DNA of 64,000 nucleotides from Selaginella moellendorffii (lineage: Eukaryota > Plantae > Lycopodiophyta), in contig NW_003314370.1 of assembly GCF_000143415.4 (NCBI RefSeq), forward strand, positions 248,001 through 312,000, read 5' to 3'. A model generated the notes under the pieces. That model did not search any database, was not told the origin of the DNA, and was given only the letters and a program-made list of their open reading frames with translations. Each line of letters begins with the position of its first letter. Within the stretch, counting starts at the first letter, position 1. This document shows positions 13,388-26,381 of this stretch, one piece after another. Position numbers and translations under genes: made by a program.

Positions 13388-14690
13388 GGTAGCACCTCGA
13401 TCGCATCGCAGCATCGCCGGGCTCGCCGCGCGCGCTCGATCGAGCGAAGAGGACGAAATTTAGGGCTCAACAGTGCCCCGCGATGCTACTCCACATATTT
13501 TAATGCGAAGAATCAGATGAATTACCTCTTGGTAGAGAATGGAGAGAGCTCTCCCCTTGCCCTAAATTTATTTAAGCCCAAAATTCTTGGACCGAAACAT
13601 TCTACGCAGCGTACGGTCGATGTGCCGTCCACGCGTCCCTACGCGCCACGTGGACGGGCACCATTTTGGCGCTTTTTACTAATTTGAGAAAAACGCGAGC
13701 TGCGCGTTGCTGCTGATCGCGAGGGCGACAGAATCGCCGGTCGCGGATACGAATCGGCGATACCGCCTGATTTTATTTTATTTTTATTTAGTTTTGTTAT
13801 TGGTAATTTTAAAACTTATTTCTATTATATATGTATTTTTGTCTGTGAGCCTAATGTCAAACCCCTAACATATGCAATAAAAAAAAGAAAGAAAAAACGA
13901 CCGGGTCGTAATTTGGACAAGCAACTCGCAGGACTACCGAGACATCACATATAAGATTCCCCGGCATTTGTTTAATCGGCACGATGCAAGTGGGATTTTG
14001 GATGCATTCCTATAAACAGCGCAAGAAAGGATTCGTTTCCTCTCAAACTTAACTTGGGCCAATGTCTTCGTTAAGGTTTTTCCACCAAGGTTTTGGAGGT
14101 TGCCAAGTTTGTGGAGTTCTTTGGCTCTGTCTAACTGGTTCTCACGTCTCCCCAAAAGATTTACCCTGTGGTGAAAAACGCGATTAGAGAAAGATTCCAG
14201 GAATCTGGTGAATCATGGCCGGTGGGACAGGAGGAACCTTTGAATCTAGTTTTCATTTGTCGTTTGCGATAAAATTTTTCCAATGCTTGCCTGGAGATAC
14301 CAAACGCCGCTCATTGGCTCGCCAATGGAATGCCGCTGTCGCCTTGTGGGGAAAAATATAATTCCGGGATTCTTGCTAACAAAATTGTCGTTAAAATATC
14401 TTCCACTGCGACGACGCGATGCGTTGCTGCTAACATCGACGTTGTGCTAATCTCTAAGCAAGATCCTCGTGTTGGAGTGGAACCTAGAAAGAATGAGAGA
14501 AAAGGAAAAGCATTGTTTTCTTGAGAAGTTATCCCAGCTCAAGAACAAAAGATCAGGGAATGAAGAATCTGTTTTGCTGCTGGAGAGAAGAACGCCACAA
14601 CCAAAACGATCGATCGATCGCCCCGGACGATGTTGATGTTGATGCTTTTTTCATAGTCTCAACAGTGATCCAAAACTTTCTTTTTCTTCT

Positions 14691-16774
14691 TCAGGCCGCA
14701 ATAGCTTTCCGGTGGTGGTGGCCATCGGAAGCAGCGTCAAAGTGGTGCGCCGCGGACCTGGAGCGATGCGACGAGTTGTAGAGCACGGCACCGTTGCTGG
14801 CAGGAAGAAAAACTCCAGTTCCCGGGCTGGGAACTCGCGTGATCCCCGGAGGGGGAGGAGTCGACCATCCCGGGCCGACCATAGTCACTGGAGAAAACGG
14901 GCCGACGCTGGCGATGATCACTGGTTGCTGTGCCTGGAGAACCTGTCCTGGTGCTGTTCTGACCGGGACTACCATTGGAGCCGGGACTCCCTGCTGCGTT
15001 CGTGACGACTGGAAGCCTCTTGCCGGTGCTAGAACGTGGACAAAGTTGTGTCCCGGCTTGTTGTTGCCGAAAGAAGCATCCGGAGCTACCGTGGGAGATA
15101 CTGGCGAGCCGCTTGGTGACGTTGGGCTCCCGATGATCGCTTTCAAGCTTTTGTTGGCCATTTTACCAAAGGTGACCAGCATCCGTGTGCTTTGCAGAGG
15201 CTGCACTGCGCACTGTACCATTTGTGCGCTGTTGCCTTCGAGCACTAGTACTGACCTGGATCAATATCCCAAGTCACGTCATTCACAAAATCCAACTTCT
15301 GTAGCAAGCAGAAAAGCAAAATTGTTTACCCCGCAGGAAGGCCAACTTTGTATTTCTCATCCGTGCTGCTGCTGTTCGCTTTCAAGTTGCGACCGAATGC
15401 TAGCTCGGACTGCGATCCCAGGGAAAGAATAAACAGAGGTTGCTCAAAATTGTTGTGCTTGTGCGGAGGCATGTAGTCTCCCTGTCATATCGCAAGTACT
15501 GAATAGAATTAGCCATGAAAGAAAGAGCTTCGTACAACTGAAGTGCGGCTTACCGGCTCCAAAACACTTATACTACATGAATCCGGTCGTTTGCTTGCAG
15601 GAACGACCTGACACTTTACTAGGCGATCAATTATTGATTCCAAAAATGCGGGCATCGGTTCAGCCGTCTCTTCTGTATGTACAAGTTGAAACTTAGATGA
15701 ACTGCCAGAAATATAAACAGCCTACCTGTAACGGGCGACGAGATTTCAGACGGTATAGTGCCGAAATGAATTACTTCTTTTCCCTTCGCTTTTGAAGATC
15801 GCTTACCGCCCGCTGCATATAAAGAAAAACTTGAAAGTTTTAGCGTCGCCAAAGGTCAGAACACAAAAACGAAAAATTGGACAAAAGATTTGGTGGACCT
15901 TCAATTTTGTTTTTCTTTTTTGCAGCATGAGACTCGCTAACCAGAGCCGCTAGCCGCGAGGCTTCTTTGGTATCAAAAATGCCTTCGTGAACTTTAAGCC
16001 CCTCTAGCACATTTACCTGCACGAGAACAGATAAAACGATGCTAAAGAAGGACAAAGGAGAAACCTTTTGGCCGTCAATCTCTTCAAATCCGCTCATGGA
16101 CTTTTCCGCACTTTCGTCGGCTACAGATGACGTCTTCTTTGCATCTGCAATAGCTAAGAGGGTGTCAGCCTATAAACTATTTGAAGTGAACGAAAGACTT
16201 AAACTTAGTCAAAAGGAAAAAAACCTGAACGTTTTGCAGTCGAGATGTTCGACGAAGGCAATTCTGTTTTGAGTTCTTCAACGCTAGAAGTTGTATCCGA
16301 AGCAATCGACGCCTCGTCAGCGAGAGGACTGTCACTCCTTTTACTTTCTATCTCGGCATCAACCTTGTTGCTCTTTAAACCGGACCTGATCGAGGGGTTC
16401 CCCTCAACCTGTACGGGAGAATCACCACCACTGGCCACTGGAGCCTGCTTTCTAAAAGCAACCTGCTGCAACGAGAAGAGGACGTCCGCAATGGAATAGT
16501 ACTGCTGCATATGAAGAACGGGATTCCAGTTGTACCGTCGCTGGTGAACGCTCCCAAGTACGAAGTCGTATTCCCCGGGACGACCCACAACCTGTTGGAG
16601 ATGCTGGCAAAGTGCGTCGATGATGGCATTTGCTGCCGCGAATTCACCCTTTAACCAAGAGATGAAAACGTCTCTCTCGTCTCCGGCTGTAGCAGCCGCA
16701 ACCCAGTGCCCCCCAGAAGAGTCTAGAGACACTCCCCTATCGACCATGCAAAGGCTCCCATCTTCTGGGGCCAT
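14691..16774 (-). CDS. ALKBH10: ALKBH10/ALKBH9-clade AlkB (2OG-Fe(II)) RNA-demethylase-like protein, multi-exon
   Basis: DERDVFISWLKGEFAAANAIIDALC, WNPVLHMQQYYSIADV, VNVLEGLKVHE, and C-terminal PGTGVFLP. Confidence 0.88.
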
Positions 16775-17605
16775 CTAGCATGCTCAAACAAGAAAAGAAG
16801 CAAGAAGCAAACAAAAGAGAAAACCTCGCTCCAGGCAATTCCTAGTTGTCGAAATATCTATGCCGAAACCAAAACTCACGAATCGACTCCAAAATTAGCA
16901 AGCATCCAGATGAGTAGCATCGAGCATTGCTGCTAGAACACTAATCTAGATCCCAAACCTCGTGAAATATCGGCGATCGCGGTGGAATTCGATGCCCCGG
17001 CGGAGAAACAAGCCCCGATTTCTTCCTCGGCGATCGATCCAGGCGATATTACGGCGGCGGCGCCGGCGCCAGCACCTTCTTCTAGAGCAGGGATCGGCAC
17101 TCTAGCGCCATCGCCATCGCCGCTCCTCCTCCTCCTCGACGATCCCTACTGGAACTCTAAAACTTTCCCTATTTTTTCCATTCTAGGAGGTGTCCCAGAG
17201 AACACAAGACGCTGCTGAGAGAAGACCGTGAACATCGTGAAAAATGAAAGCCCCTCCCCTCGATGGGGTCCATCCACAGGCGAATGTGGCATGTCACAGC
17301 CATGCCACGTCATGCATTGGATGGATGGCCGCATGGCCGTCCGTCACACTAACGGACGCCACCCAACGTTCCCTCGAATGGACGGGCACCTTTGCCCTAA
17401 AATCTGCCACCACCTTTTACTTTTAAACGCTTATAACAGGAAATAATTGGTACGGCTGACAATGACCATCCGCATACACACCACAGATATTCCATGCCTA
17501 CCAAACTCGGATAGTACATGAGATCTTCCAATGCGTATATGCTCGCTTCTTCTCTTCTTTCGTGTTGAAATTTTGCGAGGCCAGGCCACGGATTCTCATT
17601 AGGTC

Positions 17606-18197
17606 TCCACGTGGTAAAGTTCGTTATTAAATTAAGTTTGCCGTTGTCAAATTTCTCATGCTATATGAATGGAAGGAATTATTTTTCATACTATATGGTT
17701 TCGTGAATGATCTTATGTTAGAATGCTGTCTAGCTACGTTTCTTCCAATAATGCCCTAGGCGACCAGAGGTGTTTTCTTGGAACCAATAATGACGAAAAT
17801 ATACCCACCACAGCCTTTCGAATTTCGCGACACGGAACGAATCGAACCCATGCAGACTTGGCGCATTTTCCTACGTCTGATCGCGGCATCCGACGGCTGA
17901 GAGCCGCCCATTGGCCTTGTGGCTGGTATCCATGGGACCCCTCCAGTATCAAACATGTGGCGCGTGTTTAGGCCCCGCAATCGCAAGAGAGCCACGTGCT
18001 GCCACGCGAGCAATCCTAAAATCTTAAGGTCCAATTGAAAAAGTCCACGTGGTAAAGGACGTTTATCTTCTCTCACGGATGCCGTTGGATCGTACACGTT
18101 GGAGTGTTAGGGTTTATGCTAGTGTGGGAGGGCAGAAGCTAGCTCCAGGTTTGGATTGCCATTGGGGTTTGATCGAGAATGCGGCCGGTTGGATAAG
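17606..18197 (+). promoter_or_regulatory. G-box/I-box cluster upstream of CAO
   Basis: CACGTG at 17608, 17993 and 18046, CCAAT at 18031, AAAATCT at 18018, GATAAG at 18192. Confidence 0.5.
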
Positions 18198-18213
18198 ATT
18201 TTAGCTCCTGGCG

Positions 18214-20339
18214 ATGGAGTCGGCATTGAATCCCGGCGCACGGAATTCTCTCTTCTCTGGAGTGGGGATTTCGAATTCGCTCGAAGTGCCGGTAGTTCTA
18301 GGCGTAGATTTAGGTAGCTCGTCGAGATTGTTTTCGAGGACACAGAGGAAGCGATTGCTGAGACGATGTAGGAGGCATTTTTGCGTCAGGCAGAGTGAGA
18401 ATGGCGGGGGGCTTTCTTGTGGGATGGGATTGGAGATCGGTGATTTTTCCCATGCCGATGCCGAGAGGGGATCCAGAGTCATCGATGTGAATCAAGCGTG
18501 GGAGCTCTTGAGGCACGACGTGGAGTTTTTGGATTTGAGAGCTCGGCAGGATGTTTTGGCAATCAAAGACGCTCATGACAAGGTATGGTCTTTAGTTTGA
18601 TAGTTCTTTTACACTTCCATGAATTACACTTTCATGTATTTTTCTCTCAGGTTGTGGAGGTGCTAAATCCTCTCGCTCGAGAAACCAAGTCCATCAACAC
18701 GCTCAAACGTGAGCTAGCTAACTTACAAGAAGATCTACAAAGAGCCCATGCACAGGTAAAAGAGTGTCTTTTCTTCTTTTCCTCCGAGTTTTCACGATGA
18801 ATTCCAAATGCCATTTGCTTTACCAGGTGCACATTTCAGAAGCTAGAGTAAATCACACGCTCTCGAAGTTGGCCGAGATGGAAACCATGGTAAACGACGA
18901 GCTCCTGCAGAAAGATGAAGCAGCAGTGACCGTAAGGAAGAATGCCACCAGCAGCAAATCTAAAGGACTAAACATCGCAGGGCCCGTGAAGCGGTATCCA
19001 GCCGAGATGAAAAATTATTGGTATCCGGTTGCTTTTTCGGCTTGCCTCGACTCTGAAAAACCTGTAAGCTTTCCAACCCCACAAACTTTGCTTTTCTCAT
19101 TGTGTAGCTGACAGGAGACCCTTTTTCTTTGTTTACTTTTCTTTCAGCTGGCAATTGAGATCTTTGAAAAGAATTGGGTGCTTTTCCGGGGCAAGGATGG
19201 CCGGGCTGGATGCATCCATGATGCTTGCGCACATCGAGCTTGTCCACTTTCTCTCGGCAAAGTCAACGATGGCTGTTTGCAATGTCCATATCACGGTAAA
19301 GTTTATGGCGAGGTGATCCGTTTTCTTTAGCTTTAACCTTTGTCTCTTTAGGATGGGAGTATGCAACAAGTGGCTCCTGCGAGAAAATGCCGTCTACGAG
19401 ATTTGTCCCGACGAAAGTGAAATCAATGCCGTGCATAGAAAAGGATGGACTGGTTTGGATTTGGCCGGGCTCGGCGACGCCAGAGAGCGACATTCCGAGC
19501 TTGCTACCTCCAGAGAACTTCACATTGCATGCCGAGGTGATTGCTTTGTTTTTCCCTTGTTTGTTCTTTTCAAAGCATTCCTTTTTGTAGATTATTCTCG
19601 ACTTGGAAGTGGAGCATGGTCTTTTGATGGAAAACTTGCTCGACCTGGCCCACGCTCCGTTCACGCACACTACAACGTTCGCCAAAGGCTGGTCTGTCCC
19701 AAGGTTCGTTTATCGTTCTTCTCTTTTCGTGTCTTAACTATTCCTTGGCTCCAGCTCCGTGAAGTTCAAAACACCTGTAGAGACTCTGCGTGGCTACTGG
19801 GATCCATATCCCATTGATATGGAGTTTAGGCGACCGTGCATGGTTCTCTCGACGATCGGTCTCGCAAAGCCAGGCAAACTAGAGGGCAGTGACACTCAGT
19901 CGTGCAAAAACCATCTCCACCAATTGCACGTCTGCATACCCTCGACGCGAGGTAAGACGAGGCTGCTCTACAGGATGTCTTTGGACTTCGCTCCCTGGCT
20001 GAAGTACGTCCCGTTCATCCAAACTCTTTGGGTGCATTTAGCACGAAAGGTATGCCTTTGCTTTTTCTTATCAAGGCTTCGTTACTATATTCTTTTCCTC
20101 AACAGGTTCTAGACGAAGATCTAAGACTGGTCGAAGGGCAACAAGAGCGAATGGTTCGTGGAGCAAACGTATGGAACCTCCCAGTTCCATATGACAAGCT
20201 AGGCGTACGCTACCGCAAATGGAGAGTCTCTTGCGAGCACGATCACGCCGATCACCACCAACACGAAGCGGAGGAAGAAGTTCCTCGGAGCCATCGTGAT
20301 GGTTCTTCCATTCAAACTCGAAAAAAAAACTGTAAATGA
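18214..20339 (+). CDS. CAO: Chlorophyllide a oxygenase (Rieske non-heme iron oxygenase), multi-exon
   Basis: Rieske motifs CAHRACPLS and CPYHG, mononuclear-iron motif [36 protein letters not shown]-terminus is transit-peptide-like. Confidence 0.96.
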
Positions 20340-20516
20340 AGTAAAAAATTTCATTAGTTACACTCGAGATTTACAGCAGCGTATACACACTATAAATCTT
20401 CCTCTCCGATACAAACTCTCTTCTGTCAAGCTTTGGATGATCACCAAAGTTTCTCTTCTCTCGTGGTACCGGTGACCTTCGAGCCTGCTACGTTGTTATA
20501 CACGCGTATTGGATCG

Positions 20517-22765
20517 TCAGTGACCACTCTCGACGAGGAGTTGCCTGGTTAGCTCGGCTAAGTTGCAAACAGCTTGCCTGGTGTGGACGAGAGCTTCGTC
20601 GCGTTGGAGGATCTCTGTCTCAAGATCGCTGCGTTCTCCTTGTTGCGCCTGTGAATCCATCAACTCCACCTCGTCGGAAAGGTTGGCACTTAGCTGGACG
20701 AGGCTTTGGAGAGCCGAGACGGCCGGTTGGAGCTCCGAGAATTCGATGAAGTCCCCGCTCCTGTCCGTCTTGTGCTCTAGTATCTCCGTCAGCTCATTGT
20801 CTTTGCTGGCTATGGCTTTGTGAAGGCCTTGAAGCTCGAGGTCCTTTTCCACCAAAAGCTCCTTCGCGGCTTCTACTTCTTGTTCCAGATGCTGGAGCTT
20901 CTTCTCGTCTTCCGCGGCTTGCTCCTGGAGCCTGATCGTCTGCACTTCGTTCTCTAGCAGTGCACGGTTCGAAGCAAAGAGCTCGTGGTTCGTCTGGCGG
21001 AGTACCGACTCCCGGCTCAAGAGTGATGGCTTGTCGTCGGCAATGGAGTCCACCAGCGCCTCCGATAACGCGGAGATTTGCTCCACGGCAAAGTTGACTT
21101 GAGACATCTTCACGTTGTTGGCGTCCAGTTTCTTCCGCATGGAAACGAGCTCCTCCTCTTTGGCCTTCAGCGCAGCCACCACTTCGACGTGCTTTTCTTC
21201 CTTCGCGCTGAGCAGAGCCTTCAAACGCTTCACGTCCTGCTGCAACGCGTTAACCACCGTCTGTGCGTGTCTCAGCTCGCTGTTTTTCTGATCCAGCTCC
21301 AGCTTCATCGAGGCGAAGTTTGACTTTAGCTCTTGGAGCTCCACCTGAGACGCAGTTAGCTCCGCTTCCTTGAGCCGTAAAGCCAGCTGCGTATCCGAGA
21401 GAGCGGTCTCTTTCTGCTGTAACTCTCTTTTGAGAGAATTTATCTCCGTTGTAGCTTCTTGCAGTGCTGACTTCTCGTTTCTTAGCTCTAGCTGTAGCTT
21501 CTCGGCCTCCAGCCTTTCATTCGCGGATTGCTCTTCAAGCTTCTTATATGACTCCTTTGCGAGTCGTACTTGTTCCTCCTCTCGCTTAGTTCTTTCCTTC
21601 GCCTCGGCCAGACTTAACTCGAAAGACTCCACCAGGCTCTTCTGCAGAGCGATCTCTTCTTGCTGGCTTTTTATCTGTATGGACTGCTCCTCCACCGTTT
21701 TCTTGTACTGCTGAAGTCGCATCTGCGAGAATCTCAACTCTTCTTGCACTTCCGTGAGAAGATCTTTGACGCCTTTCAGCTCCTTCCCAGCCTCCACATT
21801 CAACGCTTTGCTCTTCGAAAGATCTGCCTCGAGTGATTTTAGCTCTCTTTCGACGCTCAGGTACGCGATCACTCGGGTGCTCAGGTCCGCCTCGGTCTTT
21901 TGGATCTGTTCCTGTTTGAACTTCACATTCTCCTCCAAAGTCCTGAGCCCGGCCTCTTTTAGCTCGAGAGAACTTCGAAGCTCCTTAAGCTCTGCAGCCT
22001 GCTGTGCAATCACCTCGTTTGCATGCTTGAGCCGCGAGTCTCTCACCTTCAACTCCCGGCGGCACTGAGCAAGCGCCTCGTCTTTGGCAAAGATCTGAGC
22101 CTTGGATCGAGCAATCACCTCCTGCTTTTTCGAGAGAGTCCTCTGCAAGGCCTCGAGCTGGCGCTGCTGCTCGTCCACCACCTTCTGCGCATTCTCGGCC
22201 TCCTTTGCTTGCTCAACCAGCTCCTTGTAAAGATTTCCAATCTCATCGCGCTTCTTTCCCTGCCCCTGCCGAGCATCCTCGAGCACATCTTCTCTCTTAA
22301 CGAGCGCAAACTTCGTGTTTTCTAGCTGGTGGTGATCCTCTCGAGCCACAGTCTCGGCAGTCTTAAGCTCTTCCTCCTTCCTCCTGAGCTCCTCGTCGAT
22401 AACTACATGAGAAACGCCGCTTCCACCATCCAAGACCGACTCTATGAGCCCCTGGTCGCTACCACTGCCGCCGCCCAAGAACAGCCTCTCCAGGGCAACC
22501 CTTGCTGGCTCTGATGGATCGCTACTGTTTGTCCTCTCGCTGGGAGTGTCTAGAACCGCACTGACCTGGCGTAGCCGGGGGAATCGCCGCTGCTGGTGCT
22601 TCTGTCTCGCCAAAACCCTAGCCTGGAGAACGATCGAATCGATCACGGCCGAGCTGACGATTGGAATTGCGATTGATATCTCACCTTGGCGAAGGCAGCA
22701 GGATCACAATGCCGCGATCGCGACGCTCCAAGCGCCTGGTAGCACGCTGTAGCCGCCGACGCCAT
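20517..22765 (-). CDS. Long coiled-coil plastid protein, MRC/PII1-like (starch granule initiation); exons 22765-22685 and 22622-20517
   Basis: Short first exon MASAATACYQALG..., a GT-AG intron, then about 700 aa rich in E/K/L heptads. SEPARVALERLF matches my recollection of MRC/PII1. Confidence 0.72.
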
Positions 22766-22994
22766 CGCCTCGATTCCAAGGTACACAGACTACGCCACGA
22801 ATGTGATTGCCACCTAGGCGTCACGCGGCAACGCTTTATCCACTTGAAGTTTGCCTCGTCAGCCCTAGAATTTGAATTTGGGGTTGCCCTAAAAGACAGA
22901 GCTCTTTGTCGTGAAGCTCGCTCGTTGTGTCCGCCGCGATGGATTCTCTCCTCTTCCAGGTCTGGTTCTTTTCAAGATCAGGGATAGCTAGGGA

Positions 22995-25613
22995 ATGCAA
23001 GGCGCTGGCACGAGGAATCGATTTGGATTCCAAAGCCGCAAGCCGGAGGAGGAGGATTCGAGCGCGAGCGCCTCGGGATTTCATTTCGGAGGCGCCTGGT
23101 CGGATCTCAACACAAAGCCTGCGGAGGTAGGACACCTCGCCAATGTTACGGCATCGATGCGATCCATAATCCCGCCAGCGCGGCCCAAGACTCCGGTCGT
23201 GGGTTGTAGTACCAATGTTTCTCCAAGGTATCATGTTTCGTTTTTTATTTGTTCTATCGACAAGATCTTTGGTACAGAAGCAAGGAGAACACTGAATTCA
23301 ACCATTTCCAGAGAACTAGTACCATTGTTTCTCCAAGGTATTCGTTTTTTCTTTTCTTTTCTTTTTTTCCTTTTGCTACAAGAATTTTGGTATAGAAGCA
23401 AGGAGAACACTGAATTCAACCATTTTCAAAGGACTGGAACTTCGACGTTGAAAAGCGATCACGATCCTCAAGCCCTCTCTGGAGTAAATTCCACGTACAC
23501 CTCAGAAAGGTACCGGAAACTCAAGAAAACATAGATTTCTAACGAAAACATGGAGCAGAAACGACACCACTTATACTCAAAACAGGCCTAACACTGGGCC
23601 TTCCAGTTTCAAAAGACTACAAGATCATGAATCGCTCTCCGCAAGCATCGAGAGAACGAGCACCACCGCAAGCTTTGTTTCCACAACCAACCCTCTACTG
23701 AGGAAAGATCACGCCGGTACTAAGCTATCTCGTTCTGTTTCTCACAACAATCTGGGTGCATTGGTGGCCAAGCTTTCGACTTGTTCTGCGGCATGTAACC
23801 GGCTTGTTGAGCTGCCAGCCCAGCACTCCACAAACGGCGATTCACAGCAATCGAGTTGCTTGCCGGCTAGCAGCTGCGTTTCTGTTGCTGCTCAAAATCA
23901 GACGACGAGTTTCATATCCAGCACGCCGAAGTTGTGGGTTAACAAGCATCGTCCCGAGAGCTTGTCCTCGTTCGTTATCAACTGTCGGCAGGCCCACGAT
24001 TTGAAGCAACTAGTAACTTTGTTGCGTGATTTCCGTGCTTGATCATCCTTGGACTGAGCACTTTGTGAATCAGATATCTGCGGGGCACTGTCATCACTTG
24101 CTTTTCGAAGGACCTCCTGGATGCGGAAAAAAGAGTTTGATCATGGCGCTGCTGCGAGATGCCTTTGGAATTTCTGCGTGGCTGGTCTGTCTTTATCGCA
24201 TTTTCTTTTAAGATTCTTATGCTGGATAGATCACGTTGTTTTGATTTGTTTTCTACAGGTTAGAGATTTCACTAGAACTTTTGACGTCGAGGTCTGCCTG
24301 TTCACATTTTTATATTCTTTGTTCCGTTCTTTTCTTGCCAACAGAGATACGGATGCTTATAAATCGTTGTTTTGACAGGGAACAAAAGTGTCTCTTCCTA
24401 TAGCATCAAGTGCTCATCATGTTGAACTGAATCTCCTCCATGTTGGAGTTTATTTAAGGCCCGTGCTCACCACACTCTTGAAAGAAATGAAAGTGGCATG
24501 TACAGCTTATGATAACGATTCTTATATCAGGAGCTACAAAGGTACAGCTTTCACCTTTTCCTCTTTGTTTATGATACTTAAGATTTTTATATAATCCAGT
24601 TCTTGTTCTTCATGATGCGGACGAAGTGAGTGCCGAGGCACAGCAGCATATTCGCTGGCTCATGGACCGCTACTCAGATTATTGCAAGTTCATGTTGCTC
24701 TGCTGCTCTCAGCCGTCTAAGCTCTCCGACTCTGTTCGATTGCGGTGCATTGTCGTGGACGTACACAATCCAACAGTAGATGACGTAAGTACAGAGAAAT
24801 CCCAACAGTCGTCCGTTGTTTTCCTGAATAGATTTGCCATCTTCCAGGTTGTGCAAGTTCTTTATTTCGTTGCCAAGCGAGAGAATCTGGATCTGCAAGA
24901 GCACTTTGCCTGGCGGATCGCAAAAGCATCGAAGAATTTCCGACAGGCCGTGCTATCATTAGAAGCATGCAAGCTAAAGCAGTAAGCAACTCATGATTGA
25001 AAGCTTATATTTTTTTGTTGAACTAACTTTGAGTGGTTGTTGAATTGAAGGTATCCATTTGACGAAAACCAGGTGATTGCGATCGAGTGGGAGAACGACA
25101 TTGTTAGCATGGCACGGGATATCATCGACGAACAAAATCCAAGAAGGTATTATCTGTAAAATGATGTTGTATTTAACAAAATGAAATGTATTTTTTGTTT
25201 GGTAGGCTTTATAAGGTAAAAAGAAATATGCAAAAGCTTTTAGACGAGGGCGTAGCTGCAAAGCTTATCCTTTGGGTATGTTACAATGAGAAAATTGAAT
25301 TTTTTTTTTTTTGTTTTGTATTTATTTTGATAAACTAATTTTTTGTAGAGGCTTGTTGACGAGCTTATTAAGCTAGTAAATGTTTCTTTCATGGAGGAAA
25401 TAAATCAATGGGCTAAGTTTTATGTAAAAACATTTAAATTTCTTAATTATTTTCTTATAGTTTTAAATTTCAGGCAAAAAGAACTCCAGATGGAATTGAC
25501 GCTATTTTCAAGCTAGAAGGTACGAAATATTTTATATTGTATGTTCATGCTCTAATTGAATGTATTTAGAATTTGTGGCCAAATTAATGAGTTTATATAA
25601 GAAATATGGTTAA
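22995..25613 (+). CDS. Replication factor C subunit (RFC38/RFC5-type)-like AAA+ protein with long S/T-rich N-terminal extension, multi-exon
   Basis: LWVNKHRP, HLLFEGPPGCGKKS, SSAHHVELN, AEAQQHIRWLMDRY, NFRQAVLSLEA, AIFKLEEFVAKLMSLYK*. Confidence 0.85.
23208..23435 (+). repeat. Tandem duplication of an exon/intron unit (period about 110-118 bp)
   Basis: agtacca(a/t)tgtttctccaagGTA at 23208 and 23318; ggta(c/t)AGaagcaaggagaacactgaattcaaccattt at 23271 and 23389. Confidence 0.88.
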
Positions 25614-26381
25614 TGAAATACGAAAAACTACACACCACACAATACAAATACCACATGTTATATTCACTTGACAGAAACTTTAATCTACAGCCACAAGTTA
25701 CAGCAATGCAAAATTGATCGAATCGATCAAAATCTATACTGTAGAAGTGCCAAATGTCACATTCTTAGAAGGCATGCCGTGATGGAAAATCTTTCAAACC
25801 ACTAGAAAAATGCCATCTGGCAAAGAAAAATCTCTCATGTCCAGACACTAAATTGAAATTAGTCTCCTGTTATGGCAATAAGATGATGTGGAAAAAAGAA
25901 ATAATAATTATTCTGTGCTGGCTGCTATGGCGGATTTAGGGTTGATGGAATACTGTGAGGGGTTTAGCCGGACATCTGCCAGATTCGCGTAGAATGTGAG
26001 CTCCAGAGCGTCGATTAGAGCGTGCAATAGCTGGAATTTTGTGGCAAGCAAGTAGATCTAAGGAAGAAGATCACAGAGGCGTCGCAAGATTAAAATCGGT
26101 AGCAGCGTTGCTGTGAAGAATGTAGAATCGTTTTTCTTTTGCGAGATTATTGCTCCGAGGCGAGGGGAAGCGATGATCGTCAAGTAATGGACGAGCAAGT
26201 GATGAATTTGGAGCAATCCCAGCGGCAGCAGCGTGAGTATCTTCATAGTAAGGTATAAAATTCTTTTTTGGAGAAGATCTCTCTCAACTCACACAGCACT
26301 GGATTTTGTTTTGTTTTTTTCTTCCTTTTTTTTGGTCTTGTTCTGTTTTTCCTTTTGATCTTGGCTGGAATGCAGTCAAGT

